Assembly: GCA_030649025.1 (NCBI GenBank)
Contig: JAUSGO010000031.1
Span: 9,745 to 73,744 of the forward strand
Direction of reading: 5' to 3'
DNA from: a bacterium
GTDB taxonomy: Bacteria > Patescibacteriota > Minisyncoccia > JAUYLV01
Length of the DNA: 64,000 bases
Shown one piece after another: positions 9,569 to 19,626 of this stretch (the stretch's first letter is position 1; each line of letters opens with the position of its first letter). The notes beneath the pieces were generated by a model, which saw nothing but the letters and a program-made list of their open reading frames with translations, made no database searches and had not been told where the DNA came from. Both the position numbers and the translations under genes were made by a program.

Positions 9569-10624
9569 TCAGATTCGGCTTCGGCTAACCGCAAAGTTGC
9601 GCCATCTGGGGCTTGTGAATTCGCGCCTGCCAAGAATCCCCGCCTTAGCTCCGAAATGCTCCACAACCGAGGTTGCGTTCGCCGAGCCCAGGCGCATAGC
9701 ATATTTAATGACATCCGGCGGGTATATATCGCACACCGCCGCCTTTTTCTTTCTTGCTCCTTGCTCCTTGTTCCTTGTTCCTTGAATCAGCCCCGCCACA
9801 AAACCGGACCCGAAGGCATCCCCAGCTCCCGTACGATTGACCAATTGCTTCTCGCGGAAAACCCCGGCAGTATAGAGATTTGCGCCGTCGGAAACCATAG
9901 CTCCATGCGCTCCATCCGTAAGTACCGCAAGACACGGCATCCATTCATCAATTTTCTTAAAAATGGCCTCGTGTTTCCGATATGGAATACCGGTGATCAT
10001 GCTTGCCTCCTCGCGGTTCATAATAAGCACGTCCACCTGCCGAAGCATGCTTCTAAAATACGCCGCGCCGCGCTTAAGCATGGGAAGCGAAGGATTCAGC
10101 GCCGTGCGGATGCCGTGCGCCCTGGCATACCGCAATGCTTTCTCGCACGTCTTGAATGCACCGCCAGGAAACAGAAAAAACCATCGCGTCTTCAGCTCTT
10201 CCCATGCGATATCTTCCGGAAGAAGGCGTTCGCTCGCTCCCCGATATACTAAAATAGTGCGCTCGCCCCCGGATAGCAGAAGCAGGGAATAGGCCGTGGA
10301 ATATTTTTTTGTTTTCAATAAAAAGCGCGCATCAACATGCTCGCCCAAAAGCCCGCTTCTCACCTCTTCGCCCGACACGTCGCTTCCCACTTTTGCAATG
10401 CATGCGGTTTTCAGTCCCTGCCGGGCAAAGGTCACTGCAGCATTCGTCGCGCCGCCTCCGGTGGTAAAAATTATCCTTGAGACGTCTATCTTTGCTCCTG
10501 CGGGCATAGAGAGCGCCTGTCCGGTCGAAAATTTTCTCTCTTTTCTCAAAACAAACGAGGGGCTTTCTATGAAAGCGTCGCGCGTCGCAGTTCCAATGGT
10601 GATAATGTCGTACACAGGCAACAA
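9569..10624 (-). CDS. PfkB-family carbohydrate kinase
   Basis: GGGATNAAV and NRTGAGDAFGSGF PfkB signatures. The start may be slightly upstream or downstream of the called one. Confidence 0.9.
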   Translation of the reverse strand: MLPVYDIITIGTATRDAFIESPSFVLRKERKFSTGQALSMPAGAKIDVSRIIFTTGGGATNAAVTFARQGLKTACIAKVGSDVSGEEVRSGLLGEHVDARFLLKTKKYSTAYSLLLLSGGERTILVYRGASERLLPEDIAWEELKTRWFFLFPGGAFKTCEKALRYARAHGIRTALNPSLPMLKRGAAYFRSMLRQVDVLIMNREEASMITGIPYRKHEAIFKKIDEWMPCLAVLTDGAHGAMVSDGANLYTAGVFREKQLVNRTGAGDAFGSGFVAGLIQGTRNKEQGARKKKAAVCDIYPPDVIKYAMRLGSANATSVVEHFGAKAGILGRREFTSPRWRNFAVSRSRI

Positions 10625-10694
10625 AGTGATTGAGTGACCGAGTCACGAAGTGATCGGCATAGGTCTCAACTAGGCTTGAACGATAACAATAATT

Positions 10695-11474
10695 CTATAA
10701 CGGCACTCCTCTTACCGGCATTTCTATAAGCCGAACATGCGGGTCCTCCGTAAGCTGTAAGAGCTTTTCAACACGAACTAGAGCTTGCACGATATTATCC
10801 GTTCCTTTTTGCTTAACACCGATATCGTCCGACATGACATAGTCATTATAGGTTATGTTTTGTATATAGATATAGACCTTAATGGAACCGCTCGTAATCT
10901 GCAGCCCATTTTTTCTAGCGAATTCCTCATAGTTGGAGGATTGTGTAAGTCCAAAGAGAACGCCTGAAAGCTTGGAAGTGTCTTGAGTTGACGCATCCCT
11001 TTCTTCAATCACTTTTTGTGAAGCATTAATGGCGTTTTGAATTCCTAATTTTGCCGGCTCTGGAACTTTTAAAAGAATGACCTGGAGCACCTGGAGATGT
11101 TTAGTAATAGCTTGCTCGAAACGCGTGGAGAGATCGGTCTCGTTTTTTCCCGATTTTTTTATCTCGCTGATCTTATCAAGTGCCTGCTGGAGCTGATTCT
11201 TATATTTCTCAAGGGTTTTCTCTGCAATATCTGTTTTCTCTTTTTCAATCAATTTCTGGTACTCGGCCATACGCACGTCCGCCAAGTGAAGATATTGTTT
11301 GGCCTTGTTTTCCGCCCCGAAGGTAAAGAAGGTCTGGATATTTTCCTTCCAGGTTTTCAAAAAATAAAAATGGCTGTCGGGCGTGATTCCCGAGTCTGGT
11401 AATCCTTCGGCTTTGGCGAAAACCAAACCAGAAAAAAGCAATGACAAAGCAATTAAAGAGATGGTGTATTTCAT
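10695..11474 (-). CDS. DUF5667-domain secreted protein with an extra C-terminal domain
   Basis: Signal peptide, then GITPDSHFYFLKTWKE..LADVRMAE, which matches the DUF5667 pattern. AT-richer than its neighbours. Confidence 0.8.
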   Translation of the reverse strand: MKYTISLIALSLLFSGLVFAKAEGLPDSGITPDSHFYFLKTWKENIQTFFTFGAENKAKQYLHLADVRMAEYQKLIEKEKTDIAEKTLEKYKNQLQQALDKISEIKKSGKNETDLSTRFEQAITKHLQVLQVILLKVPEPAKLGIQNAINASQKVIEERDASTQDTSKLSGVLFGLTQSSNYEEFARKNGLQITSGSIKVYIYIQNITYNDYVMSDDIGVKQKGTDNIVQALVRVEKLLQLTEDPHVRLIEMPVRGVPL

Positions 11475-11601
11475 ATCTCTAAAAATAACAGATTTCGTAC
11501 TTTTAAAAAATATTTTTCTGGAGATCCGCCGGCTGGTGGAGAGTTAGCCCGCTTCGCCAAAGTTTCAGCGAGGCGAGGAAGTTTTTCTTTCGCGCTGCCA
11601 C

Positions 11602-12591
11602 TCATGACTTTCTCTTAAGTACTTTCTTTATCGCTTCCTTGATAGACCCCACGCCCATGCCGAAGGCTTCAATGAGCTCGTTGGGTTCACCCGATTCGCC
11701 GAAACGGTCGTGAACTCCAACAAATTCCATAGGAACAGGATGGTGCTGTACTAAAATTTCAGCGACGCGCGACCCCATGCCTCCCATAATTTGATGTTCT
11801 TCGACCGTGACCACCGCCCCGCAGGTCTTGGCCGCATTCGTTATTACTTCCTCATCCATCGGCTTTATGGAAGCATTATTCACCACCATACAAGAAATGC
11901 CCTCCTGCTCCAGGTCCCGTGCCGCAAGAAGCGCGTTATAGACGAGGGGACCACAGGCAATAATCGCAACATCTTTCCCTTCCCAAAAAACCTGCGCTTT
12001 GCCGATTTGGAAGGGGGTCTCCTCCGTAGTGAACACCGGCGTTTTTTCCCGCTGGAAACGGAAAAACGCGGGTTTTCCCGTATCGGCTATGGTCATGGTC
12101 ACTTTCCGATTCTCGATAGAATCACATGCAGAAAAAACCTGCATATTGGGCAGAGTGCGCATGATAGCGATATCTTCTATTGCCTGATGCGTCGCGCCAT
12201 CGGGTCCTACGGAAACTCCTGCATGGGCGCCTGCGATTTTCACCGGCTGGTCATTATAGCAGATAGTGGTGCGCACCTGCTCCCAGGCCCTTCCCGGACA
12301 GAACATCGTGTAGGAGGCAACGTAAGGAATCTTCCCCGCTGCGGCCATGCCGGATGCCACGGTAACAAGATTCTGCTCCGCCACACCCATCTGCACAAAT
12401 CTGTCCGGATACGAATCGGCAAACTTTTTTGTCTGCGTCGAGCCCGTAAGATCCGCGCAAAGCGCCACCACATTAGGATTTTTATCCCCGAGTAATTTCA
12501 AACCTTCGCCATACCCCATACGGGTCGGCTCCTGCTTGATCGCAGGATCGAACAGATTCTCAACAAGTTTTGCTTTTGGATTTACGGGCAT
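11602..12591 (-). CDS. tkt: Transketolase, C-terminal (pyrimidine-binding) subunit
   Basis: LCADLTGS, GVAEQN, GPDGATHQAIED, VEEHQ..GGMGS. Confidence 0.93.
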   Translation of the reverse strand: MPVNPKAKLVENLFDPAIKQEPTRMGYGEGLKLLGDKNPNVVALCADLTGSTQTKKFADSYPDRFVQMGVAEQNLVTVASGMAAAGKIPYVASYTMFCPGRAWEQVRTTICYNDQPVKIAGAHAGVSVGPDGATHQAIEDIAIMRTLPNMQVFSACDSIENRKVTMTIADTGKPAFFRFQREKTPVFTTEETPFQIGKAQVFWEGKDVAIIACGPLVYNALLAARDLEQEGISCMVVNNASIKPMDEEVITNAAKTCGAVVTVEEHQIMGGMGSRVAEILVQHHPVPMEFVGVHDRFGESGEPNELIEAFGMGVGSIKEAIKKVLKRKS

Positions 12592-12766
12592 GTGCGAGCT
12601 ATTAGGTTTATAGCTGATAACTTATAAGTTTTATAATAAGACGTGGCGGGTGGGGAGTCGTCCGCCAGCAGACGGATGGGGCAGCCGACATATTCCATGT
12701 CTATACCATCCCCTCTTTTTATGTTTTTGTTGCGGCGCGCTTAAGACAATTTTTCGAAGACAAAAA

Positions 12767-13249
12767 CTAGTTCGCCACCGTTACGCTCTGCTGTGTAATC
12801 GTTGAATATCCTATCGCGTCCGTCGCAAGCACCGCGATAATATGTTCGCCATTTTTTGCGCCGGCCGTATCCCATGCGAAGACATAAGGCTCCGCTGAAA
12901 AAACGGCAATCTCCGCGCCGTCCAAAAGGAACTTCACCGCCGATGCGTTCTTGTCCGATACCGCGCTTATCTGGATCTTGCCGCTTACGCTAGCATTTTT
13001 TGCCGGAGTAAGGATGCGGACACCGTCCTTCTGCATCATGCTTCCGCGCTTGATTTGCGTCATCATACGGTCTGAAAAATCAAAAAAAGACGTTTGCGTG
13101 CGGTTTGCCCGCGAAATTTCCACAACGGCAAGCAAAAACGCGAAAAACACGAACGCAAACCCCACTATGGTCCCTATCCAGAATGGATACCACTTGGAAA
13201 TCTCGGAACCATTACCCTTCACTAAACGAAAAGAAACATTATCGGGCAT
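12767..13249 (-). CDS. Membrane-anchored bacterial Ig-like domain protein
   Basis: TM helix followed by TPAKNASVSG..VKFLLDG..PYVFAWDT..NGEH..ATDAIG. Confidence 0.75.
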   Translation of the reverse strand: MPDNVSFRLVKGNGSEISKWYPFWIGTIVGFAFVFFAFLLAVVEISRANRTQTSFFDFSDRMMTQIKRGSMMQKDGVRILTPAKNASVSGKIQISAVSDKNASAVKFLLDGAEIAVFSAEPYVFAWDTAGAKNGEHIIAVLATDAIGYSTITQQSVTVAN

Positions 13250-13347
13250 ACTGCTTGAGCTTCTAGCTTTCGGTTAATAGCTTTTAGAAATATCCATCCC
13301 CAAAAGGAGGGTTTCCTATAAGCTACAATCTATGAGCTATAAGCTGA

Positions 13348-14211
13348 TTACTCATGTTCGCTTTTTATTTTTCCTCCGAGCGTGCGCAGTTGGTTAAGAA
13401 AATCCTCCGCTTGCTTCTGGTCCTTGGGGGGGATGCCGTGCCATGCGTAATCGAATTCAATGGATTCCACGCCTTTGCCAGGAATATTGTGGGAAATAAT
13501 GCACACGGGTTTTTCATACACCGCGCGCGCCGTTTCATACGCATTTACGATCTCTTCGAAATTATGCCCATTAATGTCGATAACGTGCCAGTTGAACGCC
13601 TCGAATTTTGCGCGTAGGGGTTCGAGCGGCATAATGTCCTCCGTCATGCCGTCGATCTGTATGTTATTGCGGTCAATGAGCACCGTAAGATTGTCGAGCT
13701 TCAGTTTCCCTGCAAGCATGAAGGCTTCCCAGTTATTTCCCGCATCCAACTCTCCGTCGCCGACCAAACAGTGTACCTGCCATTTTTTCTTATCCATGCG
13801 CGCGGCAATGGCCATGCCAACCCCTTGCGACGTTCCGCTGCCCAGTGGCCCCGACGAAGTTTCAATGCCGGGCAATTTCTCGCGGTGCGGATGACCTTGC
13901 AGACGCGAGCCGAATTTTCTGAGCGTTTTTAATTCCTCTTTGGGGAAGTATCCCGCCTCGGCAAGCGTTGCGTAAAGCACGGGGCAGATGTGGCCGTTGG
14001 AGAGAATGATGCGGTCCCGTTCTTCCCAGCCGGGGTTTTTTGGGTCGTGCTTGACAATATGAAAGTAGAGCGCGGTAAACACATCGGCCATGCCCAAGGG
14101 GCCCGCCGTGTGTCCCGAACCTGCCGCAAGCAGCATGGGAATGAGATCTTCCCGTATCGCCTGGGCCTTCGCTTCCAAAAATTTAACTTTGTCGTCGTGA
14201 AGATGGGACAT
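13348..14211 (-). CDS. tkt: Transketolase, N-terminal (ThDP-binding) subunit
   Basis: SGHTAG, DRIILSNGH, LQGHP, GDGE..N ThDP motif. Confidence 0.93.
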   Translation of the reverse strand: MSHLHDDKVKFLEAKAQAIREDLIPMLLAAGSGHTAGPLGMADVFTALYFHIVKHDPKNPGWEERDRIILSNGHICPVLYATLAEAGYFPKEELKTLRKFGSRLQGHPHREKLPGIETSSGPLGSGTSQGVGMAIAARMDKKKWQVHCLVGDGELDAGNNWEAFMLAGKLKLDNLTVLIDRNNIQIDGMTEDIMPLEPLRAKFEAFNWHVIDINGHNFEEIVNAYETARAVYEKPVCIISHNIPGKGVESIEFDYAWHGIPPKDQKQAEDFLNQLRTLGGKIKSEHE

Positions 14212-14388
14212 ACTAAAATTGTTTTACGAACCCCGCACTTATTTCAGAGCAAACGTGTGGTGATACGGTTGTTCATCGCGCGGTAGCGGCTTACGCCTCA
14301 CCTCATCTTAAGATAATGATTCTTGCAAGAATAAGTATGGGGTTTTGTTTTGTTTCCAAAAATTTCCAAGAAGTTTTTTGACAAAACA
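14212..14388 (-). repeat. Divergent copy of the three-hairpin stop-to-start element
   Basis: Fills the whole aquaporin-stop to tkt-ATG gap. Bulged stem TGTTTTGT-C..G-GAA-ACAAAACA, central ACCCCATACTTATT/AATAAGTGCGGGGT stem, and a reduced third hairpin TAAAA/TTTTA. Confidence 0.55.
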
Positions 14389-15042
14389 TCAAAAAAAACC
14401 TTTCTTTTTCTCAAAGAATCTATGCAAGAACGCCGCACCCAGCGCTCCAAGAACCGGCCCTATCCAATATATGAAGTGTCCCGACCATGAGCCGCTCACC
14501 AAAGCGGGTCCCAGAGCGCGCGCCGGGTTCATTGCAGCACCCGTGAACGGTCCTCCCAAAAGAATATCCATTGCAATGGTAAGCCCAATGATAAGTCCCG
14601 CCAGATTCTTTGCGCCGCTTCCTTCGTCAGTAACGGCGAACACAACAAAAACGAGCAGGAACGTTAAAAGAGCCTCTATCATCATGCCCTGTACCAACGA
14701 GGTTTCGGCTCCAGGAACCGGCGTACCGCCGCCTCCGGCTATGAACGCAACAGGAGCAAGTATGCGCAAAAAAATAGCCGCAACAATCGCGCCGCCTAAT
14801 TGTGCTCCTATGTAAATCCCTATCAGGTCCCTGCCAAGCTTCTTTCTTGCCCACATCGCGATAGACACTGCGGGATTCATGTGCGCCCCGGAAACATGCC
14901 CTACCGCATATACCATCGCGGCGATCGCAAACCCGTGAGCAAGCGCAATGGCCACAAGACCCCCGCCGGCAAGAACGCTGCCTGCACCGATAAAAATAAG
15001 CGCGAATGTGCCGATAAATTCGGCGAGAACGACTTTGAGCAT
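14389..15042 (-). CDS. MIP-family aquaporin
   Basis: SGAHMNPAV and GAAMNPAR NPA boxes; YWIGP. Confidence 0.95.
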   Translation of the reverse strand: MLKVVLAEFIGTFALIFIGAGSVLAGGGLVAIALAHGFAIAAMVYAVGHVSGAHMNPAVSIAMWARKKLGRDLIGIYIGAQLGGAIVAAIFLRILAPVAFIAGGGGTPVPGAETSLVQGMMIEALLTFLLVFVVFAVTDEGSGAKNLAGLIIGLTIAMDILLGGPFTGAAMNPARALGPALVSGSWSGHFIYWIGPVLGALGAAFLHRFFEKKKGFF

Positions 15043-15056
15043 AGAATTTACAGATC

Positions 15057-15692
15057 TTAGAGATTCCTAAATTGTTCTACGGTGTGCGCGATGTCCGAAC
15101 TTGAGAAGATCTCGAAACCCGAACAAAGAGCGTTGGCGCCGGCTCCAGCCGCCGCTTTAGCCGTGCCGAGAGCCAAGCTGACGCCACCGTCAACTTCTAT
15201 TATACAAGAAGGGAATTGCCTACGTAAACGCACAACTTTGTCGATAATATCCGACCGCATGGTCTGCCCCGAAGGACCCGGCGTGACGCCCAGCACCAAC
15301 ACATAAGGTGTCAGAGGAGCATGCGGCGCGTAGGCGCCTTCGGGGGTCTCGGGACACAATGCCACTCCGATCTCCCGGCTCTCTTTATCCAGTCGCTCTT
15401 TGATCATAGAAAAATTTGTCGTGGATTCAACGTGCACCAAAAACCTCTTTGCTCCCGTCTTCAGCCATTCGGCAAGATGCTCCTCGGGCCTATCTATCAT
15501 AAGATGCAGCTCGATATTAAGAGGCGTTTTGAAATCATAGAGCGCGGCCGGGTCATTGAATATCTTAACGGACGAAAAAACACCATCGCTCACATCCACG
15601 TGAACCCAATGCACATACGGTTCCACGAGGCGAATACGACGGCGGATCTCTTCAGGATCTTTATGATTGATGGATGGTATAACCTCTATCAT
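15057..15692 (-). CDS. rpe: Ribulose-phosphate 3-epimerase
   Basis: VHVDVSDG, ELHLM, IEVDGG. Confidence 0.92.
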   Translation of the reverse strand: MIEVIPSINHKDPEEIRRRIRLVEPYVHWVHVDVSDGVFSSVKIFNDPAALYDFKTPLNIELHLMIDRPEEHLAEWLKTGAKRFLVHVESTTNFSMIKERLDKESREIGVALCPETPEGAYAPHAPLTPYVLVLGVTPGPSGQTMRSDIIDKVVRLRRQFPSCIIEVDGGVSLALGTAKAAAGAGANALCSGFEIFSSSDIAHTVEQFRNL

Positions 15693-16150
15693 GCAGACTT
15701 TTGGGCCGCCTTCTCTATTTCATCAAGTTTTTTCAGCCGGCGCATGTGCCGTTCCTCTCCGGAAAAAGGCGTCTGAAGCCACGTCTTCACTAAATGAAAA
15801 GTTTCTCTTTCGGTAAGATAATCCGCGGCAAGCGACAGAACGTTGGCATTATCATGCAGGCGCGAGAAACGCGCCATCTCGTCCGTTGCGATCAGGGAAC
15901 TGCGCACATTAGGATATTTGTTCGCCGCCACATCCACGCCGACCCCGGACCGGCAAAGCAGAATGCCGCGGTCTTGATCGGGGTTTTTTGAGACGGCCTC
16001 TGCCACTTTGCGCGCAAAATCCGGATAGTCGTCATCCGGGTCGTAGACGGCATTCCCCACATCCGTAAATTCAACACCCATCTCTTGCAGGAGTTTTTTT
16101 ATTTCCTCTTTTTTTTGAAACCCTCCGTGGTCGGAGCCGATGTAAAGCAT
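15689..16150 (-). CDS. rpiB: Ribose-5-phosphate isomerase B
   Basis: GSDHGG, DYPD, CRSGVG, HDNANVL, RHMRR. Confidence 0.95.
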   Translation of the reverse strand: MLYIGSDHGGFQKKEEIKKLLQEMGVEFTDVGNAVYDPDDDYPDFARKVAEAVSKNPDQDRGILLCRSGVGVDVAANKYPNVRSSLIATDEMARFSRLHDNANVLSLAADYLTERETFHLVKTWLQTPFSGEERHMRRLKKLDEIEKAAQKSA

Positions 16151-16267
16151 AGCAAAAATTTAAAATGCAAAAGTCAAAATGGAAAATTTAGGAATATCGT
16201 GGAAGTTTTTCTTGCAAGAAAAACTTCCACTCCTTAATTTTGATTTTTGATATTTGATTTTTTATTT
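16151..16267. repeat. Heptamer-array palindrome, family A (CAAAAT-type)
   Basis: (CAAAATG/CAAAAGT)n, then the GGAATATCGTGGAAGTTTTTCTTGCAAGAAAAACTTCCACTCC core, then (TTTTGAT)n. Confidence 0.8.
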
Positions 16268-16708
16268 TTAGGTGCGGAGCAGTTTAAGGCCCAGGCCGAA
16301 AAACAACAACAAAGACACAAGAATAATCCCAAGCACGATGATGCCCAATACGGTAGAAGCGATCATGAGCAGTCCGTAATGAAATCCGTAGCGCTTCCAT
16401 GACCAGTACGCGGGAAGCACTGTAAAGAGCAATACCGCAATGCCCGCGAGCCACGCCACAAGTAATATCAACGGGCCGGACTCCACTCCGCGCGACACCA
16501 CAAGCCAGCGCACCAAAGAAAGCGATGCGCCCAGCGTTGCCACAGTTACAACCGAGGTAAGTGCGGCATTGAGCAGCACTTCATCGGCATGCTCGCTTGC
16601 GTTATGCGGAGCGTTTTCAAGTTTTTTTATGGCAAGTGAAAGCATCGCGGAAGGAAGAATGCCGACGAGAATATATTTTGCAAAAAATTTAAGAAATTTT
16701 TTAAGCAT
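16268..16708 (-). CDS. Hypothetical multi-pass membrane protein
   Basis: Four hydrophobic segments; located between gap and rpiB. Confidence 0.7.
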   Translation of the reverse strand: MLKKFLKFFAKYILVGILPSAMLSLAIKKLENAPHNASEHADEVLLNAALTSVVTVATLGASLSLVRWLVVSRGVESGPLILLVAWLAGIAVLLFTVLPAYWSWKRYGFHYGLLMIASTVLGIIVLGIILVSLLLFFGLGLKLLRT

Positions 16709-16716
16709 ATCCGGTT

Positions 16717-17742
16717 CTATAATAGTTTTCCGGCTTTAATAACATGCTGCAGAAGCGTTGCGGCATACCCCCATTCGTTGTCATACCAGGCAAGCACTTT
16801 CACCAGATCTCCGTCAATAACCTTGGTGAAGGATGTATCGACGATGGACCCGTGCGGATTTCCTATAATGTCGGATGAGACGAGTTGTTCATCGGTTAAG
16901 GCCAATATCCCCTTCCAACGCGGCTCGGCGGCCGCTTTGCGGAAAATATCGTTTATTTCTTCAACCGAGGTTCTTCGAGAAGCTACAAACGTAAAGTCAA
17001 CCAATGACCCCGTCGAGACGGGCACGCGGATCGCGATGCCATCAAACTTCCCGTCAAGTTCCGGCAAGGCTTTTCCGACGGAAATGGCCGCACCCGTGGT
17101 TGAGGGTACGATGTTTTGCGCGCCTGCGCGTCCCCTTCTCCAATCTTTTGCATCGGGACTATCCACGATTTTCTGGGTTGCCGTGTAGGCGTGTACCGTG
17201 GACAGCATGGCTTTTTTAACGCCGGGATTTGCCATCATAACAGCCGCAACCGGGCTTGCGGCGTTAGTGGTGCAGGAAGCATTGGAAGTTACCGCGCATC
17301 CTACCATACGGTCTTCGTTCAGCCCCATAAGCACCGTGACCCCCGCCTCTCCTTCTTTGCCCTTGCCGGGAGCCGAAATAATCACACGCTTGGCGCCTGC
17401 CGTGACATGGGCTGATGCTTTTTCGTAATCTTCAAAAAATCCCGTGCTTTCTATGACTACATCGATCTCCGACTCTTTCCACGGTAATTTTGCCGGGTCT
17501 TTTTCTTGCAGAAATTGGATTTCCTTTCCGTCTACCACAAGCTTGCCCTGTTTTTTATCGCTTCCCACCTGTCTCTCGTATTTTCCGTATACGGTGTCGT
17601 ACTTCAAGAGATAGGCGAGATTCTCAACATCACCCAAATCGTTTACCGCAACGATATCAATGCCGCCATAGTCGAATGCTTGGCGAAAAAATACCCGCCC
17701 TATCCTGCCAAAACCGTTAATGGCTATGCGAAGCTTTTTCAT
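16717..17742 (-). CDS. gap: Glyceraldehyde-3-phosphate dehydrogenase
   Basis: INGFGRIGR, ASCTTN, WYDNEWGY. Confidence 0.97.
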   Translation of the reverse strand: MKKLRIAINGFGRIGRVFFRQAFDYGGIDIVAVNDLGDVENLAYLLKYDTVYGKYERQVGSDKKQGKLVVDGKEIQFLQEKDPAKLPWKESEIDVVIESTGFFEDYEKASAHVTAGAKRVIISAPGKGKEGEAGVTVLMGLNEDRMVGCAVTSNASCTTNAASPVAAVMMANPGVKKAMLSTVHAYTATQKIVDSPDAKDWRRGRAGAQNIVPSTTGAAISVGKALPELDGKFDGIAIRVPVSTGSLVDFTFVASRRTSVEEINDIFRKAAAEPRWKGILALTDEQLVSSDIIGNPHGSIVDTSFTKVIDGDLVKVLAWYDNEWGYAATLLQHVIKAGKLL

Positions 17743-17807
17743 AATGCATGTGCTTGATGCTTATCTATCAGATAATTATATCACGGTATGGTAAAAACAC
17801 GAAGGTA

Positions 17808-19616
17808 TTATTGTATCCGCACGTAGAAATCCGGTTCCGCGACGGTTGAGCCGGAGCTTGAAACAAGACCGAACGGATAATCCCCCTCCGGCGCGTCGGC
17901 GTTTGCCGTGATGGTGTAGACGCCGATGCCGGATATCGTTTCCGTGTTGGTATTTGCAAAGAGGACTTCGCAAATTTTATCATCCGCAATATTCCGTACA
18001 CCGATAGAATTCTGCTCGCCCTTGGCATTACAGCCGAACGGATAACTCATGGGAATATATCCAAGCCCCGCAGCGCCGATACTCATCTTTGGGGGCTCGG
18101 CCGGACCCGCTCCATAAACGATAGTGCCGTCAAGAATATAGGAGTCTCCTCGATTGAGGCAAATAACGTTTAGACCGCTAAGTGAACCGCATTTTTTATC
18201 GCCGACGCTCGAGAAGACGGAAAATACGGCGTCAGCGGTAAAACTGTTTATACTTACTTTCTTAACCCATGACCCGGCAAGTCTCGGCACCCAAGCATAC
18301 CCCGCACCGGTCCAATTTCCGGAGGCATCCGTGACGTGTCCATAAAACGTATTTTGTTCTCCCGTCGGCACACCGTCTTTCCAGCTTGACCAGAGAATAT
18401 CGGAATTGGGCGCACCTCCGGTTATGGTATAGATGGGAACTTCTCCTGCTCCATAGCTAGCCTTATCGAGCGCCAGAAGAATCGCGCCTGGGCACGAAGC
18501 ACCGCTTGCCGTGCATGCATTTTGATTTGCACAAATGCCGGCGGTGTTCGGAACGGCAATGCATGCGCCCGATACGCATTCAAAATGCGTTCCCGGAGCA
18601 AGGCACGAATTCGTAGTAACCGAAATCCTGTTTGAGATCATGGCGCCACGAGAATCTTTGCCGGCACCGTCGTATCGCGCCTTGACCTCAAATTTATATA
18701 GCGTCCCCTTGGAAAGGCCGCTAATGTCGTAGGCTAAAACAGAACCCGGGATCAAAAGATCGGGAGTTCTTCCTATCTCAATATCGCTTGCGTTATACCA
18801 TATCACCGTATACTGGGAGGCTTTGCGGTCATCCCAATTCAATCGGACCGTAACCGTGTTGTTCGCCTGACACGCGCCTTGAGGAGCGGCCGCTTCAATC
18901 CGAAGCGTCGGAGCCGGAACGGGCGGAACGCTCACGCACCCCAGCATAATGGCCTGCGCACTCGCGTCACTGGAAATTGAAAGCATAAGACCGTTAACAA
19001 TCTGCCATGGCCGAGCTCCGTTTCCGTCAATCCTGCTTACCGCTTTCAAATTCCCTTCGGATGAATACCCGGCCTCTTCGCAGTTTCCGTCATTCGGCGC
19101 GTTGTATCCGGCGCTTCCACCCTTCCGAAGATTCGTTTTGGGATCAAGTTGCTGGTAATCCTGATAGACGCAGACCTGTGAGGGATTTGAGGTGCTGCCA
19201 CACCGATTCGGCACACCTCCTCCGTCCGTAGTCGAGAAAGTATATCCCCACCAATTAACAACTTGGTTCGCCGGACAAAAACTTTTAGGCAGACTTCCTC
19301 CCTGTCCTCCGCTTCCGCAAAAACCAGCTGTGGCCCATGGACCTTGGCAGGTATCGGTCGTCCCATCAACGTTCAGTTCGCACCTGAAGTCATAGAGCCA
19401 GGCCTCGCTGTCATCCGAACCATACCCGTATCCCGTCAGCACATTCATGTTGCCGCTTGCCGGATCGAATACCGGTGCCGGCCCGGGAAAGGCACTGGTC
19501 GCGTGCGCAATATTCTCCGCGCCAACAAACATTGCCAACGAAAAAAGAAGAAAGCTCGCTTCCTTGAAAAGAACGACGTACGCGCTTCTCTTTTTTTCTG
19601 AAAACTTGTCTCTCAT
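17808..19616 (-). CDS. Secreted Cys/Gly-rich protein with an uncharacterised N-terminal domain and an FN3-like domain
   Basis: Signal peptide; GYGYGSDD domain shared with 41511..43838; VRLNWD..YDISGLSKGTLYKFEVKA FN3 pattern. Confidence 0.75.
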   Translation of the reverse strand: MRDKFSEKKRSAYVVLFKEASFLLFSLAMFVGAENIAHATSAFPGPAPVFDPASGNMNVLTGYGYGSDDSEAWLYDFRCELNVDGTTDTCQGPWATAGFCGSGGQGGSLPKSFCPANQVVNWWGYTFSTTDGGGVPNRCGSTSNPSQVCVYQDYQQLDPKTNLRKGGSAGYNAPNDGNCEEAGYSSEGNLKAVSRIDGNGARPWQIVNGLMLSISSDASAQAIMLGCVSVPPVPAPTLRIEAAAPQGACQANNTVTVRLNWDDRKASQYTVIWYNASDIEIGRTPDLLIPGSVLAYDISGLSKGTLYKFEVKARYDGAGKDSRGAMISNRISVTTNSCLAPGTHFECVSGACIAVPNTAGICANQNACTASGASCPGAILLALDKASYGAGEVPIYTITGGAPNSDILWSSWKDGVPTGEQNTFYGHVTDASGNWTGAGYAWVPRLAGSWVKKVSINSFTADAVFSVFSSVGDKKCGSLSGLNVICLNRGDSYILDGTIVYGAGPAEPPKMSIGAAGLGYIPMSYPFGCNAKGEQNSIGVRNIADDKICEVLFANTNTETISGIGVYTITANADAPEGDYPFGLVSSSGSTVAEPDFYVRIQ

Positions 19617-19626
19617 ATCATCTTAT

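Noticed and set aside
12640-12700. Riboswitch upstream of the transketolase C subunit
   Set aside because: No recognisable TPP, ZTP or other aptamer consensus; explained by a TCCGCC/GACGGA mini-palindrome and a probable promoter.
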